Shown piece by piece: positions 22,101-31,810 of a stretch of DNA of 64,000 nucleotides. Made by a program: the position numbers and the translations under genes. Under the pieces are notes generated by a model. It was not told where the DNA came from. It was given only the letters and a program-made list of their open reading frames with translations, and did not search any database. Within the stretch, counting starts at the first letter, position 1. Each line of letters starts with the position of its first letter. Source of the DNA: a virus (Duplodnaviria > Caudoviricetes); the IMG/VR virus record IMGVR_UViG_3300037400_005963, positions 1 through 64,000 of that record, one strand, 5' to 3'.

Positions 22101-25100
22101 AGCTTCATTATCAGAGAACCAGGGAGAAAAACCATACATATCGGTAAATTGTTTGAGAGAATCATATTGCTTTTGATTCCTACCTACTTGCTCTTTAATT
22201 CCCTCTATTCCTCCGGGGAGTTGTGATAGTGCCCTTTTAGAACCTTCACCCAATTTATTGAAGTACTTTTCATCTCCCGTTCTGACATATTCTTCAAAAT
22301 TTTCACGTTCACTGTTAGTTAAGCTGTGAAAATCAAAGAATGCACCCTTATTGTCTAAAACTGATGCTAAAGCACCAAGCTGTTCTGTATCTGCCCCTAC
22401 TTCAGAAAGATGTTTCGCCCACTCATTCTGCATTTGCATGTGATCGGAGATATCTTTTCTTTGTTCAGGAGTCATCTTCGAATATGCTTCTTTGAATCCG
22501 TTTAAGGTACTCATCCTAGCAAGTTCTTCATCAGAGTACAGCCTAATAGCATTTCCGTTTTCATCTCGAATAACATGACCTTCATCATCTCGTTTCACCG
22601 CCCTACTTAGATAATCATAAATACCTCGATTATATTCATTACCAGTTAAGGCATTCAAACCTTGATCGGTCGCTCCCTGTTTAATATCATTAAAGTTACG
22701 TTCAAGATTAGTCCAATAATCGGCTACACCTTCTACTGGTGTAGAGTAAGCTGGATCATTAGCAAACCAACCAACAGGATTATACCATGCATATGGAGCT
22801 ATTGTAGCAAATGACTGTCTAGGTATCGAGCTTCCGCCGTAAGTATTTGTGCCTGTATAATTCACAAATCCCCAAGGATTTATACCACCTGCGGAGGAGT
22901 ATGTACTATAAGGACTATAAGATTCGGCAGTATTATCAAAGAAATTACTGTAAAGTTGGCCTATATCTGGACTATTGTTTACCCAAGATATTCCAGGAGT
23001 TGGCTGTAAAAACTGGAAAGATGAACCACTATCTAGCTGACGAGGCTGTGACATCTCGAATTCGGCTAATTGTTGATAATAAGATGGAGATAATTTGGTA
23101 CTATAATTAGTTGCATCCCAAATATTTTGTGCTTCTACTTCAGTAATATAGTTAGCACGTTTTCTCTTACTCATTTTTCTCCAGATATTATTATACCAAT
23201 TATCAAATCCACCTACAGTTTCATATTGGGCTTGAAGGGCTGGATTCTGACCATAAAATTGCATCGCTGCCTTTTTATCGCCCATTTTTTGAACTTTCTT
23301 ATATGTACCCTTATCACTCCAAGAGAACATTTCATAACCCTTCGTATTGTTTATCACCGCCTCATTATCTGCAGCTAATTTTTCTAATTTATCGGTTATT
23401 TTTCTTGTTTTAGCTGCTTGTTCTTCTTCTAAGAGAGCCTTTTCTTTTTTGTAAAGAGATTCTTCCTTATCTTCAAGTTTTTTCTCTTTATTTCGAATCT
23501 CATCAGTTTTATTGTCCTCTGAGATTCTCATAGCTTGATTAAGTTTCCAATCTACTTCTCGCTCACGATCGTCAAGTACGGTTTGTCTATCATTCAGTTC
23601 GGCTTCTCTAACAAGAAGTGCCTGTCTCTCTCGCTCATTTCCATCTCTCTCGGCCTCTTCTTTATCCTTCTTTAATTTTTCTAAATCTTTCTCGAGTTTT
23701 TTCTTTTTAGTCTCAAGATCTTTCTTTTCTCTTTCTAACTCCAGTTGTTCTCGAGTAGCATATTCTTTTTTGAGTTTTGCTTTATCTTTCTCAAGCTTCT
23801 TCCTTTCTTTCTCTAGTCGTTTTCTTTCTTTCCTAAATTCTTGTTCCTTAGTTAATTTCCTATTTCTAGGAATACTCGGAACTGCTGTCGAGCTAGATTT
23901 AGAAGAAGTAAAACTAGTCGTAGGGAAATTTTGCTGAGTAAACTGTGGTATAAAAGAAGACTGATCGCCACCACCTCCACCACTAATGTAACTTAATATC
24001 GTTGGATCATTATTTACCCAGTTATTAACATCTGGTAAAAGCTTGTTTAGAATTTTGGGACCATATTTATCTGCGTTACCATAGATCCCATTTCCCCAAC
24101 CTGAAGGGCACCACCACAGTTTAGTTGGACTACCTCCCTGTATATAGTGAATCATTCCTTCCGGAGTTGGCTGTTGAAGTGCTCCAGTATAATTTTTATT
24201 AAGAAGTTTTATTTTGTAGTCAGCATATGCATCGTTATTTGCATAAGTTTGCCAGATGAATCGTTTATTTCTACCAGAACCGTAACTTCTTAATCTAATT
24301 CCGGAAAAATTATTTTGGCGTCTAGCTACAGCGGATGAGCCCCAGATAGATTCTTTTCCTCCATCTTGAGCTATCAAAGTTTTTGCTTGCCAGTCATTCA
24401 ATCCCTTCGATCTCCAAATTAAATAGAAATCGCGTATAAACTCCATCCTTCCTCGATTAGAGTTTTCATATCCGCCAGTATGAGTTCGGGCTTGCTGCAG
24501 TGCTTGCTGTACTCTAGGATCGTTCCAATTGATGTCGCCACCTCCACCTCCACCTTGAGGAACAAATCCCATTGAACCTCCAGGAGCTGGTTGTGCTTGG
24601 GCTTGCATCTGAACCATTTGTCCTCCGCCAGTACCTGATACTATTTTTTGAGCTTCTTTTAAAACGAAGTCTGCATAACCGCTATAATTATTTAAGTGGA
24701 ATTGACCACGCCTAGGTTGATGTTGCTTCATATAATCCAAAATAGGATTAGTATCAATGAAACCCGAACCCGTTGAAAGAGCTGCTTCTTTTAGCCATTC
24801 GTTATATTTATCTCTATTGCCGGTAACAGAGGCGCTTCGGTGATTCATCCAGGGTGCAGCAATGAAAATGACTTTATTACCTTTTGCAGCAGCTGCAGCG
24901 ACTGCTCTTTGAACATCTTCTCTAACTGCTGCCTGTCCTCCCGATTTTGCACGTAATGCTATATCATTACCCCCGGAGTGGACTATAATAACACCATTAG
25001 TATAATTAGCTGCGTTAATTTGATCTGTTACGCTTGGAAGATCTGGTCTGCCTTTTCTTGAGAATAAGCCCGTACTGCCAACAGAAGTATTCTGCTTGAA

Positions 25101-28100
25101 ATACTTTTTCATGCCTACTCCCCAAGAATCACCTACCATCAAGACATTACCTGATGTAAGGTTAAAACCTGGTTTTAGTCCAGGTTGTCCTCCCCCTTGG
25201 GGAACAAACATTATCTGTCCTCCAGGTGCAGGAGTTCCGCCTGTTGCAGTACCGTATCCAAGTTCGTTATTTTGTTTATATAATTTAGCCAGATCTCGAC
25301 CATATTGCATTCTCCTCTGGTGACTTTTGCTATTCCAGTCGTTATATCCACTAAATACCTCATAATCATGTCCCCATATGTAAGATGCTTCTTCGATCGA
25401 TTTGGCGTTCTTTAATTTTTCAATTATATTTCTTTTCTTATAGGAACCCTCTGTTAGTGAGTACCACAGGAAATCAGCTTGAGTTCCTATATCAGTCCAG
25501 GGCTTTCCTCTAGCCTGAGCAAATTCTTTTAATCTGGAGAAATTTCCCTTTCCGTTCCTATCATGCCAAGCTGCAATACCTCCAGAAGGGCCGTTTACAT
25601 CCCAACCAGAATGATAAGGATTATAAGCAGTTTCTCCCATTATACTACCAGCTACTCCAATTGCAGCGTTAACGGGTAAACCCTTTGATCGTAAGAAATT
25701 GATCAAGGTCATTGCATTATGGTTAGTATACTCTTTATCAGCTGAAGTACCTATCCTTGTTTCTTTTGGTCGTTCACTTCTCCAGTTAATTCCTCCACCT
25801 ACTCCAGTTGATGTTGATGTAGGTGCAAAACCCATAGATCCGCCGGGAGCAGCTACATAACTTGATGTTCCCATACCTGCACCAGTATATGGAATAGAAC
25901 CCCCAGTGCTAGAATATGAACCACCGCTTCCTCCAGAGTAAGAACCGCCATAGGAACCACCACTTCCTCCAGAATAAGAGCCGCCACCACCAGAGAAGCT
26001 CATTGAACCTCCAGGTGCTGAAACGCCACCGCCGTCAACACTGCTCAGATCAAAACTACCTGATGATCCGCCTCCTCCGCCTTTCCAACGAAGAATGACA
26101 TCATACTTACTCCAAGAAGTTTTAGCTGGCATGCCCTGATGACCGTTTCTACCATCATGACAAGATCCCCATGACCAGGATTTACCATTACCTGCATAGA
26201 TCTCACCATGAGTTCTACCAGACATAACATCGTACGGCCTTAGATTTGCCTTGTTATATGGTAAAATATCAAAATAACTAAGAATAGCCTTTGATCTAGC
26301 GTGGTTCGGAGAAGTATATACTAAATTAAGTAATCCAAATTGACAACGTGGATTTCCTCCAGTTCCAAAGGGAACTCCAGCCATCTGCATACAAGCCATT
26401 ACGAAACCTGTACAGTCAGGTCTAACTTTTGCTCCTCCAATTAAAGGACATGAGTATCCACCTCCTTGACGATATTCATGTATATTGGCTTCGAACCACT
26501 TACCCATAGAGTTGACACAGTTTGGCCAACTACCACCGGAATAAGAACCGCCTCCACTGCCGCTAGTACTAGAATAGGAAGTTCCGAAATTACCTCCACC
26601 GCTTCCACCACTACTTGCTGGAGCGAATGACGATCCACCACCTGGGGGAGTGATACTATAGGTCTGTCCATTAATGGAATAGGAAACTCCTCCACCAGAG
26701 GAACCGCCACCACTACTAATGGAATATGAACCACCACTACCACCAGAGTAAGAACCACCACCGGAAGAGCTACTGTATGAAGTCCCTCCTCCGCTACCGC
26801 CAGAAGAAGCTGTATAATTACCGCCTCCTCCGCCATAGGAAGTTCCGCCAGAACTTACACTCTGGACCTGTCCCGAGGCAATTCCAAGGTCTGTATCTAT
26901 ATTAGATTTTGCTTTAGGATTAGTACATCTCCAAATAACATAATTAGTTGAGCTGCCAAAACTGGCTGCACTGGGCATACCACCGAACGCAAGATCGTGA
27001 ACTCCACCCCAAGAGTACGCTTTACTACCTCCTGCAAAGATTTCAACATGACCATTGCCTGCTGTTATATCAAAAGGCCTTAGTGCAGATCTTGACCATT
27101 TCAGTTTAGTAAATCCACCGGCTTGAAGTTTACTGGGAACGGAAGATTTCCAAATACATGCAAATTGTCTACTAACTGGAGCATTATGTCCTCCCTGTGC
27201 GTCATATAGATTAATACCATAAGCGTTACAGCAAGCACTAACGAAACCAGAACAATCATCCCAGACCCAACCTACACCGGGGCATTGATATTTTGTTCTA
27301 TGTTTTCTCGGTTTTCTTCTCGTTCCGTGATAAGTATGAATATTTCTTTCATACCAAGATTTCATGGTAAGAACTGTTTTTTCCCATGAATTGGATCCCC
27401 CAGATACTGAACTTAATGGGGTAGTAGATTGAGTAGAAGCATAGTTATTGCCTCCGCCAGACGAACTACTATTATATGTAGTTCCTCCACTACTGCTATT
27501 ATATGTAGTTCCTCCACTACTACTGCCACTTGAAGAACTATCGTAAGAAGTTCCTCCACTGCTGCCATAAGATGTAGGAGTGAATATACTGTTTCCCGTA
27601 ACTAAACCATTTACGGTACTAACGTCCATCTTTTCTCCAAGACTTCCGTCAGAATTTAATCTATATACATTTCCTGTATCATCTTGATAGGCATCATATA
27701 GGCCATCACCATTAAAATCAATTTTTCCCTGTGCTGAAAGGGAAGTTGGTACAAAAGAACCATTTATATTAGTATCTGCTGCAGTATTAGTACTATTTTT
27801 GATATGTCTAAAAACTGTAGCAAATTTATTTTTTCTAAATGCAGGTCCGCCCCAAATATCTCTCTGTTGGAAATCAGAACACCAACATGATCCGCAATTC
27901 AAGCTAGCATGTCCATATGGGTGTCCAGGAATAGGTCCATTAATACAAATATCTCCTTTTTGGGGAGAATATTGTTCCCAAGGAATTGGTTTAAATCCAA
28001 ATTTATGTAAATAATGAACATAATCCTTGGCTGGGCCTGGATGTCCTCTTAGTGTATCTAAACCTAATGCTTTAGCTACTGCTCTTCTAACGTGACCTGA

Positions 28101-30773
28101 ACAGCCACCCGTTGATTGTGTGGCAGGTTTATTTTTCCAGGGTTGGGGATTTTCAACTCCACCCTTTCCCTGTCTTCTATAAATAGCTAAAGTAGATAAA
28201 CGTAGACATTCCTTTGCGGCTACTTCGGTGTTATAAGTAAGGTCAGTCTTTGTAGGAGTCATGGGATTTCCCCACATTCTCGCACCGGAAAAATCAGATT
28301 TACCACCGTTACCCGAAGTATTGTATGTCTCGTTCGTAGTAATAGGTCTATAACTAGAAGATCCACCTGGGGCTGGCGTTGAAGTATAAGTAGTTCCTCC
28401 ACTACTACCACCCGAAGACATTCCCTGAGTAGAGTATCCTGGTTGTGTTCCAAATGAAGTAGTGGGTGATGCATTGGTTTGATACTCATATACATCATTA
28501 GTATATTGTGGTCTATAATTACTGCTACCACCAGGAGCACTAGTAATCTGACCGGTATGGCGATTATATGAAGTTCTCATTTGTCCATATCCACCGCCGG
28601 GCCTTACTAAATCTTCTACCCCTTCGTAAATATTTCTACCTGCTTGATATACACTATTTCCTATACTCCTCGCCTCATTAATACCTCTCTGCTGTCTTAT
28701 GTGGAAATTATCGTTTGCTTCTTCAACTCGTTGTCTTTGTTGAAGTCTTTGATAATTGTTATAAGTATTTCTGCCAATATTATAATTATAGGTCTCATTA
28801 TTGCCGCTTCCTCTCCATCTAGCCTTAGTAGCATTATATCCGCCCGCTTGTCCATAAATTGCAGTTTGCAGTGCTCTAACTAGATTCATATCACTGGCAC
28901 TAAAAGAGTTGGCACCATACTTACGAGCTATTGTTCGGATCGCTTCTGAGTCTATTTCATAAACTTGTGCTGTTCGTATTCCCCGTCTAGGATCATTCAT
29001 AGGTACTAGACGAAGAATATAATCATTTCCTCGTAAAGCATCTATACCATATGATGCAGCACCTACACCGGAACCAACTGCTCCACCAACAACTGCACCA
29101 GGTATTGCTCCAACACCATCAAAAAATGCTCCGGCAGTACCTCCAATAAGTGTTCCTGCAGCACCACCTGCTAAAACTCTTCCTCCTAAACTACCACGTT
29201 CTGCATAAATTTCGGAATTTGTTTTTCTATCAGCTACAAATTTATATTGCTTTGATTGAATATGTCGTCCATTCATAAGACGAGTCATAGTTCCTCTATC
29301 AAAGAAAGCTGCAAGAAATTCTGGATCTACTGCTACAGTTCCCGCCGTTCTTGCTCTTTCCTGTAGACGTTCTAATCCTGTTACCAATCTAGCAACATCA
29401 ACACGACCTGTAGATCTGGCATCCCTAAATACACCCAAGATATCCATTGATTGAGATACTTGACCTGCTTTACTAGATGTCAGTTGACCATCCGCACCTA
29501 GAGCATTAGAGGTTAAACTATATCTTCTAGATCCACCAACTTTATTGAAAGCTTCATAGTCTCCAGCAGATGTATTCCTAGATACCGTAGTAGTTCTGTT
29601 GTTATTTTTATTATCGCGTTCAGTGGCTGCCTTAGAACCCCTATTACCTACCGCACGTACATCATTGGCTACACTATTTCTTAAAGCCTTTTCTGGTGAA
29701 ACTAATGCGGTAAGAATATCTCCTAGGTAGGTAGTTACATTGGTCATTAAGCTTTCTAAGCCTAATCCTTTTAAGACACCGCCCAGAATACCACTGGAAG
29801 GTTTCATTTTTACTTTTTTCATAGCTTCCGCACGAAGTTCGAACATATGATCAATTTTTAATGCAAAATGATCAAATACGGAAGTCATGGTATTCTTAAA
29901 TGCCTGTAGAACGGTCTCTTTTCCGGGATCTCCACCGAACAATCTAATAACTGTAGGAATAAGACCTTTTCCGGATCGTTGCATGGCTTCTCCCTTTTCT
30001 CCGAAGCCCAACCATGCAATAGTTCCTTCAGTTGCTTTTACTATCCAATCAATACCGCCGATAACTTTATCCCAGTATCTAGCTAAGAATCTCATACCAA
30101 AGATCAAAAGGAACATCTTCAATTGACTTCCCACGGTTTGACCCATAGTACTTGGATTCCAAGCTTCGGATACACTCTTTCCAACAGTCTCTATTCGCCT
30201 AAGCATCTTATTGGCTGCGCGAGTGAGACTACTTTCCCTTCTTGCATAATCTCTATCTCGTTTAGCCGATGCTTCCTGCTGTTGGGCATTTACTTTAGAT
30301 AACCAAGTTTTAAATTTAGTTGTATTATCTGAGGATCCGCCACCACCGCTACTTCCACCACCTTCGATTTTATTAGTAGTGTTAGTAGTTGTATTATTAT
30401 TATTTACTATTGTTATTTTCGAGGGGGTTACAGTTACATCCCTGCTTTGCGTATGTCTCCCATTGACAGTCGGTCCGCCTGAATTTTTTAGACCGTATTT
30501 ACCGAGAGTTGACGCAGTTGAATTCGATACACCTAATGCAACAGCTTGATTTAATAACTGATTTGTCTGATCCTGTGCATTAGATTCAGTTTTTTGTGCT
30601 AGGAGATTATTTCGTTTTTCATTTTGAAGAACTTGCCATTGATTCTGAGCCAATTGTTGTTCCTGTAAACCTTCTCCCACAGCATTCTTTTTTCCTCTTA
30701 GTATAATAGGTCTTTTTTCGAGTTCTTTCGTTCGCTTCTCGATTTCTTTTCCATAGGATTCGTTAGCTGGCAT
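19134..30773 (-). CDS. Tape measure protein with multiple cell-wall hydrolase domains (CHAP-like, 2x NlpC/P60, phage tail lysozyme, SGNH hydrolase, GH73-like)
   Basis: 3879 aa, directly after the tail chaperone genes; hydrophobic and Gly-zipper segments, long coiled coil. Motifs GCSGHVRRAV/HPYGH/WCSDFQ, DCSGFV/GHVEI, DCTGFV/THGEI, AGSIMGETAYNP/GIAAW, VGDSW/GGND/FH, KESIWG/NNFSGI. Confidence 0.85.
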   Translation of the reverse strand: MPANESYGKEIEKRTKELEKRPIILRGKKNAVGEGLQEQQLAQNQWQVLQNEKRNNLLAQKTESNAQDQTNQLLNQAVALGVSNSTASTLGKYGLKNSGGPTVNGRHTQSRDVTVTPSKITIVNNNNTTTNTTNKIEGGGSSGGGGSSDNTTKFKTWLSKVNAQQQEASAKRDRDYARRESSLTRAANKMLRRIETVGKSVSEAWNPSTMGQTVGSQLKMFLLIFGMRFLARYWDKVIGGIDWIVKATEGTIAWLGFGEKGEAMQRSGKGLIPTVIRLFGGDPGKETVLQAFKNTMTSVFDHFALKIDHMFELRAEAMKKVKMKPSSGILGGVLKGLGLESLMTNVTTYLGDILTALVSPEKALRNSVANDVRAVGNRGSKAATERDNKNNNRTTTVSRNTSAGDYEAFNKVGGSRRYSLTSNALGADGQLTSSKAGQVSQSMDILGVFRDARSTGRVDVARLVTGLERLQERARTAGTVAVDPEFLAAFFDRGTMTRLMNGRHIQSKQYKFVADRKTNSEIYAERGSLGGRVLAGGAAGTLIGGTAGAFFDGVGAIPGAVVGGAVGSGVGAASYGIDALRGNDYILRLVPMNDPRRGIRTAQVYEIDSEAIRTIARKYGANSFSASDMNLVRALQTAIYGQAGGYNATKARWRGSGNNETYNYNIGRNTYNNYQRLQQRQRVEEANDNFHIRQQRGINEARSIGNSVYQAGRNIYEGVEDLVRPGGGYGQMRTSYNRHTGQITSAPGGSSNYRPQYTNDVYEYQTNASPTTSFGTQPGYSTQGMSSGGSSGGTTYTSTPAPGGSSSYRPITTNETYNTSGNGGKSDFSGARMWGNPMTPTKTDLTYNTEVAAKECLRLSTLAIYRRQGKGGVENPQPWKNKPATQSTGGCSGHVRRAVAKALGLDTLRGHPGPAKDYVHYLHKFGFKPIPWEQYSPQKGDICINGPIPGHPYGHASLNCGSCWCSDFQQRDIWGGPAFRKNKFATVFRHIKNSTNTAADTNINGSFVPTSLSAQGKIDFNGDGLYDAYQDDTGNVYRLNSDGSLGEKMDVSTVNGLVTGNSIFTPTSYGSSGGTSYDSSSSGSSSGGTTYNSSSGGTTYNSSSSGGGNNYASTQSTTPLSSVSGGSNSWEKTVLTMKSWYERNIHTYHGTRRKPRKHRTKYQCPGVGWVWDDCSGFVSACCNAYGINLYDAQGGHNAPVSRQFACIWKSSVPSKLQAGGFTKLKWSRSALRPFDITAGNGHVEIFAGGSKAYSWGGVHDLAFGGMPSAASFGSSTNYVIWRCTNPKAKSNIDTDLGIASGQVQSVSSGGTSYGGGGGNYTASSGGSGGGTSYSSSSGGGSYSGGSGGSYSISSGGGSSGGGVSYSINGQTYSITPPGGGSSFAPASSGGSGGGNFGTSYSSTSGSGGGSYSGGSWPNCVNSMGKWFEANIHEYRQGGGYSCPLIGGAKVRPDCTGFVMACMQMAGVPFGTGGNPRCQFGLLNLVYTSPNHARSKAILSYFDILPYNKANLRPYDVMSGRTHGEIYAGNGKSWSWGSCHDGRNGHQGMPAKTSWSKYDVILRWKGGGGGSSGSFDLSSVDGGGVSAPGGSMSFSGGGGSYSGGSGGSYGGSYSGGSGGSYSSTGGSIPYTGAGMGTSSYVAAPGGSMGFAPTSTSTGVGGGINWRSERPKETRIGTSADKEYTNHNAMTLINFLRSKGLPVNAAIGVAGSIMGETAYNPYHSGWDVNGPSGGIAAWHDRNGKGNFSRLKEFAQARGKPWTDIGTQADFLWYSLTEGSYKKRNIIEKLKNAKSIEEASYIWGHDYEVFSGYNDWNSKSHQRRMQYGRDLAKLYKQNNELGYGTATGGTPAPGGQIMFVPQGGGQPGLKPGFNLTSGNVLMVGDSWGVGMKKYFKQNTSVGSTGLFSRKGRPDLPSVTDQINAANYTNGVIIVHSGGNDIALRAKSGGQAAVREDVQRAVAAAAAKGNKVIFIAAPWMNHRSASVTGNRDKYNEWLKEAALSTGSGFIDTNPILDYMKQHQPRRGQFHLNNYSGYADFVLKEAQKIVSGTGGGQMVQMQAQAQPAPGGSMGFVPQGGGGGGDINWNDPRVQQALQQARTHTGGYENSNRGRMEFIRDFYLIWRSKGLNDWQAKTLIAQDGGKESIWGSSAVARRQNNFSGIRLRSYGSGRNKRFIWQTYANNDAYADYKIKLLNKNYTGALQQPTPEGMIHYIQGGSPTKLWWCPSGWGNGIYGNADKYGPKILNKLLPDVNNWVNNDPTILSYISGGGGGDQSSFIPQFTQQNFPTTSFTSSKSSSTAVPSIPRNRKLTKEQEFRKERKRLEKERKKLEKDKAKLKKEYATREQLELEREKKDLETKKKKLEKDLEKLKKDKEEAERDGNERERQALLVREAELNDRQTVLDDREREVDWKLNQAMRISEDNKTDEIRNKEKKLEDKEESLYKKEKALLEEEQAAKTRKITDKLEKLAADNEAVINNTKGYEMFSWSDKGTYKKVQKMGDKKAAMQFYGQNPALQAQYETVGGFDNWYNNIWRKMSKRKRANYITEVEAQNIWDATNYSTKLSPSYYQQLAEFEMSQPRQLDSGSSFQFLQPTPGISWVNNSPDIGQLYSNFFDNTAESYSPYSTYSSAGGINPWGFVNYTGTNTYGGSSIPRQSFATIAPYAWYNPVGWFANDPAYSTPVEGVADYWTNLERNFNDIKQGATDQGLNALTGNEYNRGIYDYLSRAVKRDDEGHVIRDENGNAIRLYSDEELARMSTLNGFKEAYSKMTPEQRKDISDHMQMQNEWAKHLSEVGADTEQLGALASVLDNKGAFFDFHSLTNSERENFEEYVRTGDEKYFNKLGEGSKRALSQLPGGIEGIKEQVGRNQKQYDSLKQFTDMYGFSPWFSDNEAVRKKRDSLRRADPNVIRKQAELFGYVRMGDYAGAKRFLDAEGENLQSNPFWNGNYSNYFGSGNQLAMYNLDVSDPYWARMGVDFNNPDTFYNMDSNNPSEMYKPKDISVNLPSNGFSDPKEQMKRMMLAMMFAGEENQPLLDEMNKILDRVQGRKGRLESKYALETAENGHSVQIGAEDGNVNPVRLKKRKWRVNDDGDVVFEMETESGKPEEVKLLSAEDRWGRELPRQSRGRRRANEGDLAHQVIRDYDPNNEEERDKATRLTRQMREYIQDSEAQAADAFDYMTLQNQIMNSTQDIESITPWDDATTIGAKQKRNKQRVKLNQEIAKYQTQLSNFEQYVQTQKTQDKEFGDYFLDKYGDDANAMHRYITEKGQRSKEDIGMNLMESMREKLLLEGYKEGDLDEMTRLYNTLSTGDYSAITDSKKQSLIRSLQGNKESVRQGVVNGLTKGKGYTFQQFETDQINKDAEKWEDMSEKQRKEAYRKYLAEKTNEISKQTDIEMGNKLTNLARGISDKTLTPLEARAALNYYGIDSNTITDQQLRGGIGKFNEELGQDNFLRRVKDKDGNWKYVGFDGKEIEVEDIDPDTGRRIKRKLTDEEYSKKYSAIATKGKSGGFDYQEVGEDTYKLIPVGNGKNVYQKDGKFYEMNDSGELAELRGTDLKRKFGITRGGTQNAAGDARRGAEFENLRDAISDEEASAESNPYRQFNAQGEFDLAATKEAMAFGRYADRNLATSLGQRQAEAWWEEAQATGKSYGGFKMGQDYEIVKKDPETGEIMHDAQGNPITEKKRTEMDIQTEKLDMSGGVTTEEALNNFVQALADKMGLDAENFTKEQTNWMKQQASEKGEATVGKMTMPDGSTALAAFENGHLKSVMYDKDSLAKYKEQNVQRAQQLGFDTEAAQRYAENQKRIDWQQMETQHKLQAGEITEIGAVVNALDAIQATVQSIEGGMKSLAINVNIDENGNAQVTQSGGEGGDQGGGGGSGA

Positions 30774-30775
30774 TA

Positions 30776-31072
30776 TTATCTATGTAAGTTTAAAATTTCC
30801 TCTGATTCGTAAGGGATAGAATCTTCCGGGAAATCTTCACCCCCGTTATATTCACTGTATTCCTGTTCCATTTGAAGTTTGTTTCTTCCGGCTATCTTCT
30901 TCTCTCCATTTCTTCCACCTATATTAATATTGGGGAAGTCTGGATCATAGCCACCAGAATTATCTAAGAAAGTATCGTACTCTTTCTTTATGGCCATTAA
31001 ACAGTTCAGCGAATAATTCTCAAGTCCATCAACCTTAACGTACTTATTTAAAAAGAATTTTAGATGCATCAA
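30776..31072 (-). CDS. Tail assembly chaperone, downstream part (possibly expressed as a frameshift extension of 31044..31799)
   Basis: Overlaps the 3' end of the upstream chaperone in the +1 frame and abuts the tape measure start. Confidence 0.6.
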   Translation of the reverse strand: MMHLKFFLNKYVKVDGLENYSLNCLMAIKKEYDTFLDNSGGYDPDFPNINIGGRNGEKKIAGRNKLQMEQEYSEYNGGEDFPEDSIPYESEEILNLHR

Positions 31073-31799
31073 TAGGGGAATTGATAAAGAGGTCTCGAAA
31101 GAAGTCGACTATAAGCGAATCTACACTTACAGTCAAACTCCTCCTTTCCCCCCTATCATCTCTACAGTGAGGACATTCTACAACAACAGGCTCTAGTCGA
31201 TCATAATATAAATCTCGAAGTGCCATTAGGAGAGTGATGTCAGAATGTGTAGCCCCTAATACATCCGTTTCAATTTGATTTGCCTGATAATCAAAATTTT
31301 TCATCAAGGCAATTGTTTTTATCATCTTTAAGTCTGTCACCTTTCTGAATTTAAGATATAGATTAAATACCTTCATGAAATCGTTGACAGTTGGTACGAT
31401 AGTGTCATAATCATGTCCACCTAATTTTATTCTCGCACCCTTCATAATCTTTTCGTCAATTTGTTTAAAATGGATATCTGACTCAAAAGATAGTTTTTTC
31501 GTAACAGTCTTTCCACAGTGAGGACATTTAATCTGAAGTTTGTAAGACAAATCATCCGATACTGTACAAAGTTTTTTATAGAATATTAAGAAATCTACAT
31601 CCATTATATAGCATTCCTTAATATTTGGATCATCTTCCTGTAGAGATCTCAGGTCATATAGGTAAGCTCCTAGGGGATCATCTTTCGGAAAATTATCAAG
31701 ATACTGACATACACCCAAGAAAGTCATGGGTTTAATTCTAACAGTGGGGAATCCATAACCGTATCCCCCACTAGGTAATTGTGCTACATTAATCTCCAT
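31044..31799 (-). CDS. Tail/baseplate assembly chaperone (T4 gp26/gp51-like, CxxC motifs)
   Basis: LPSGG...IKPMT...DVDFLIF...CPHCG...CPHC...DFF pattern; upstream of the tape measure. Confidence 0.7.
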   Translation of the reverse strand: MEINVAQLPSGGYGYGFPTVRIKPMTFLGVCQYLDNFPKDDPLGAYLYDLRSLQEDDPNIKECYIMDVDFLIFYKKLCTVSDDLSYKLQIKCPHCGKTVTKKLSFESDIHFKQIDEKIMKGARIKLGGHDYDTIVPTVNDFMKVFNLYLKFRKVTDLKMIKTIALMKNFDYQANQIETDVLGATHSDITLLMALRDLYYDRLEPVVVECPHCRDDRGERRSLTVSVDSLIVDFFRDLFINSPIDASKILFK

Positions 31800-31810
31800 T
31801 GTAAATAAAA

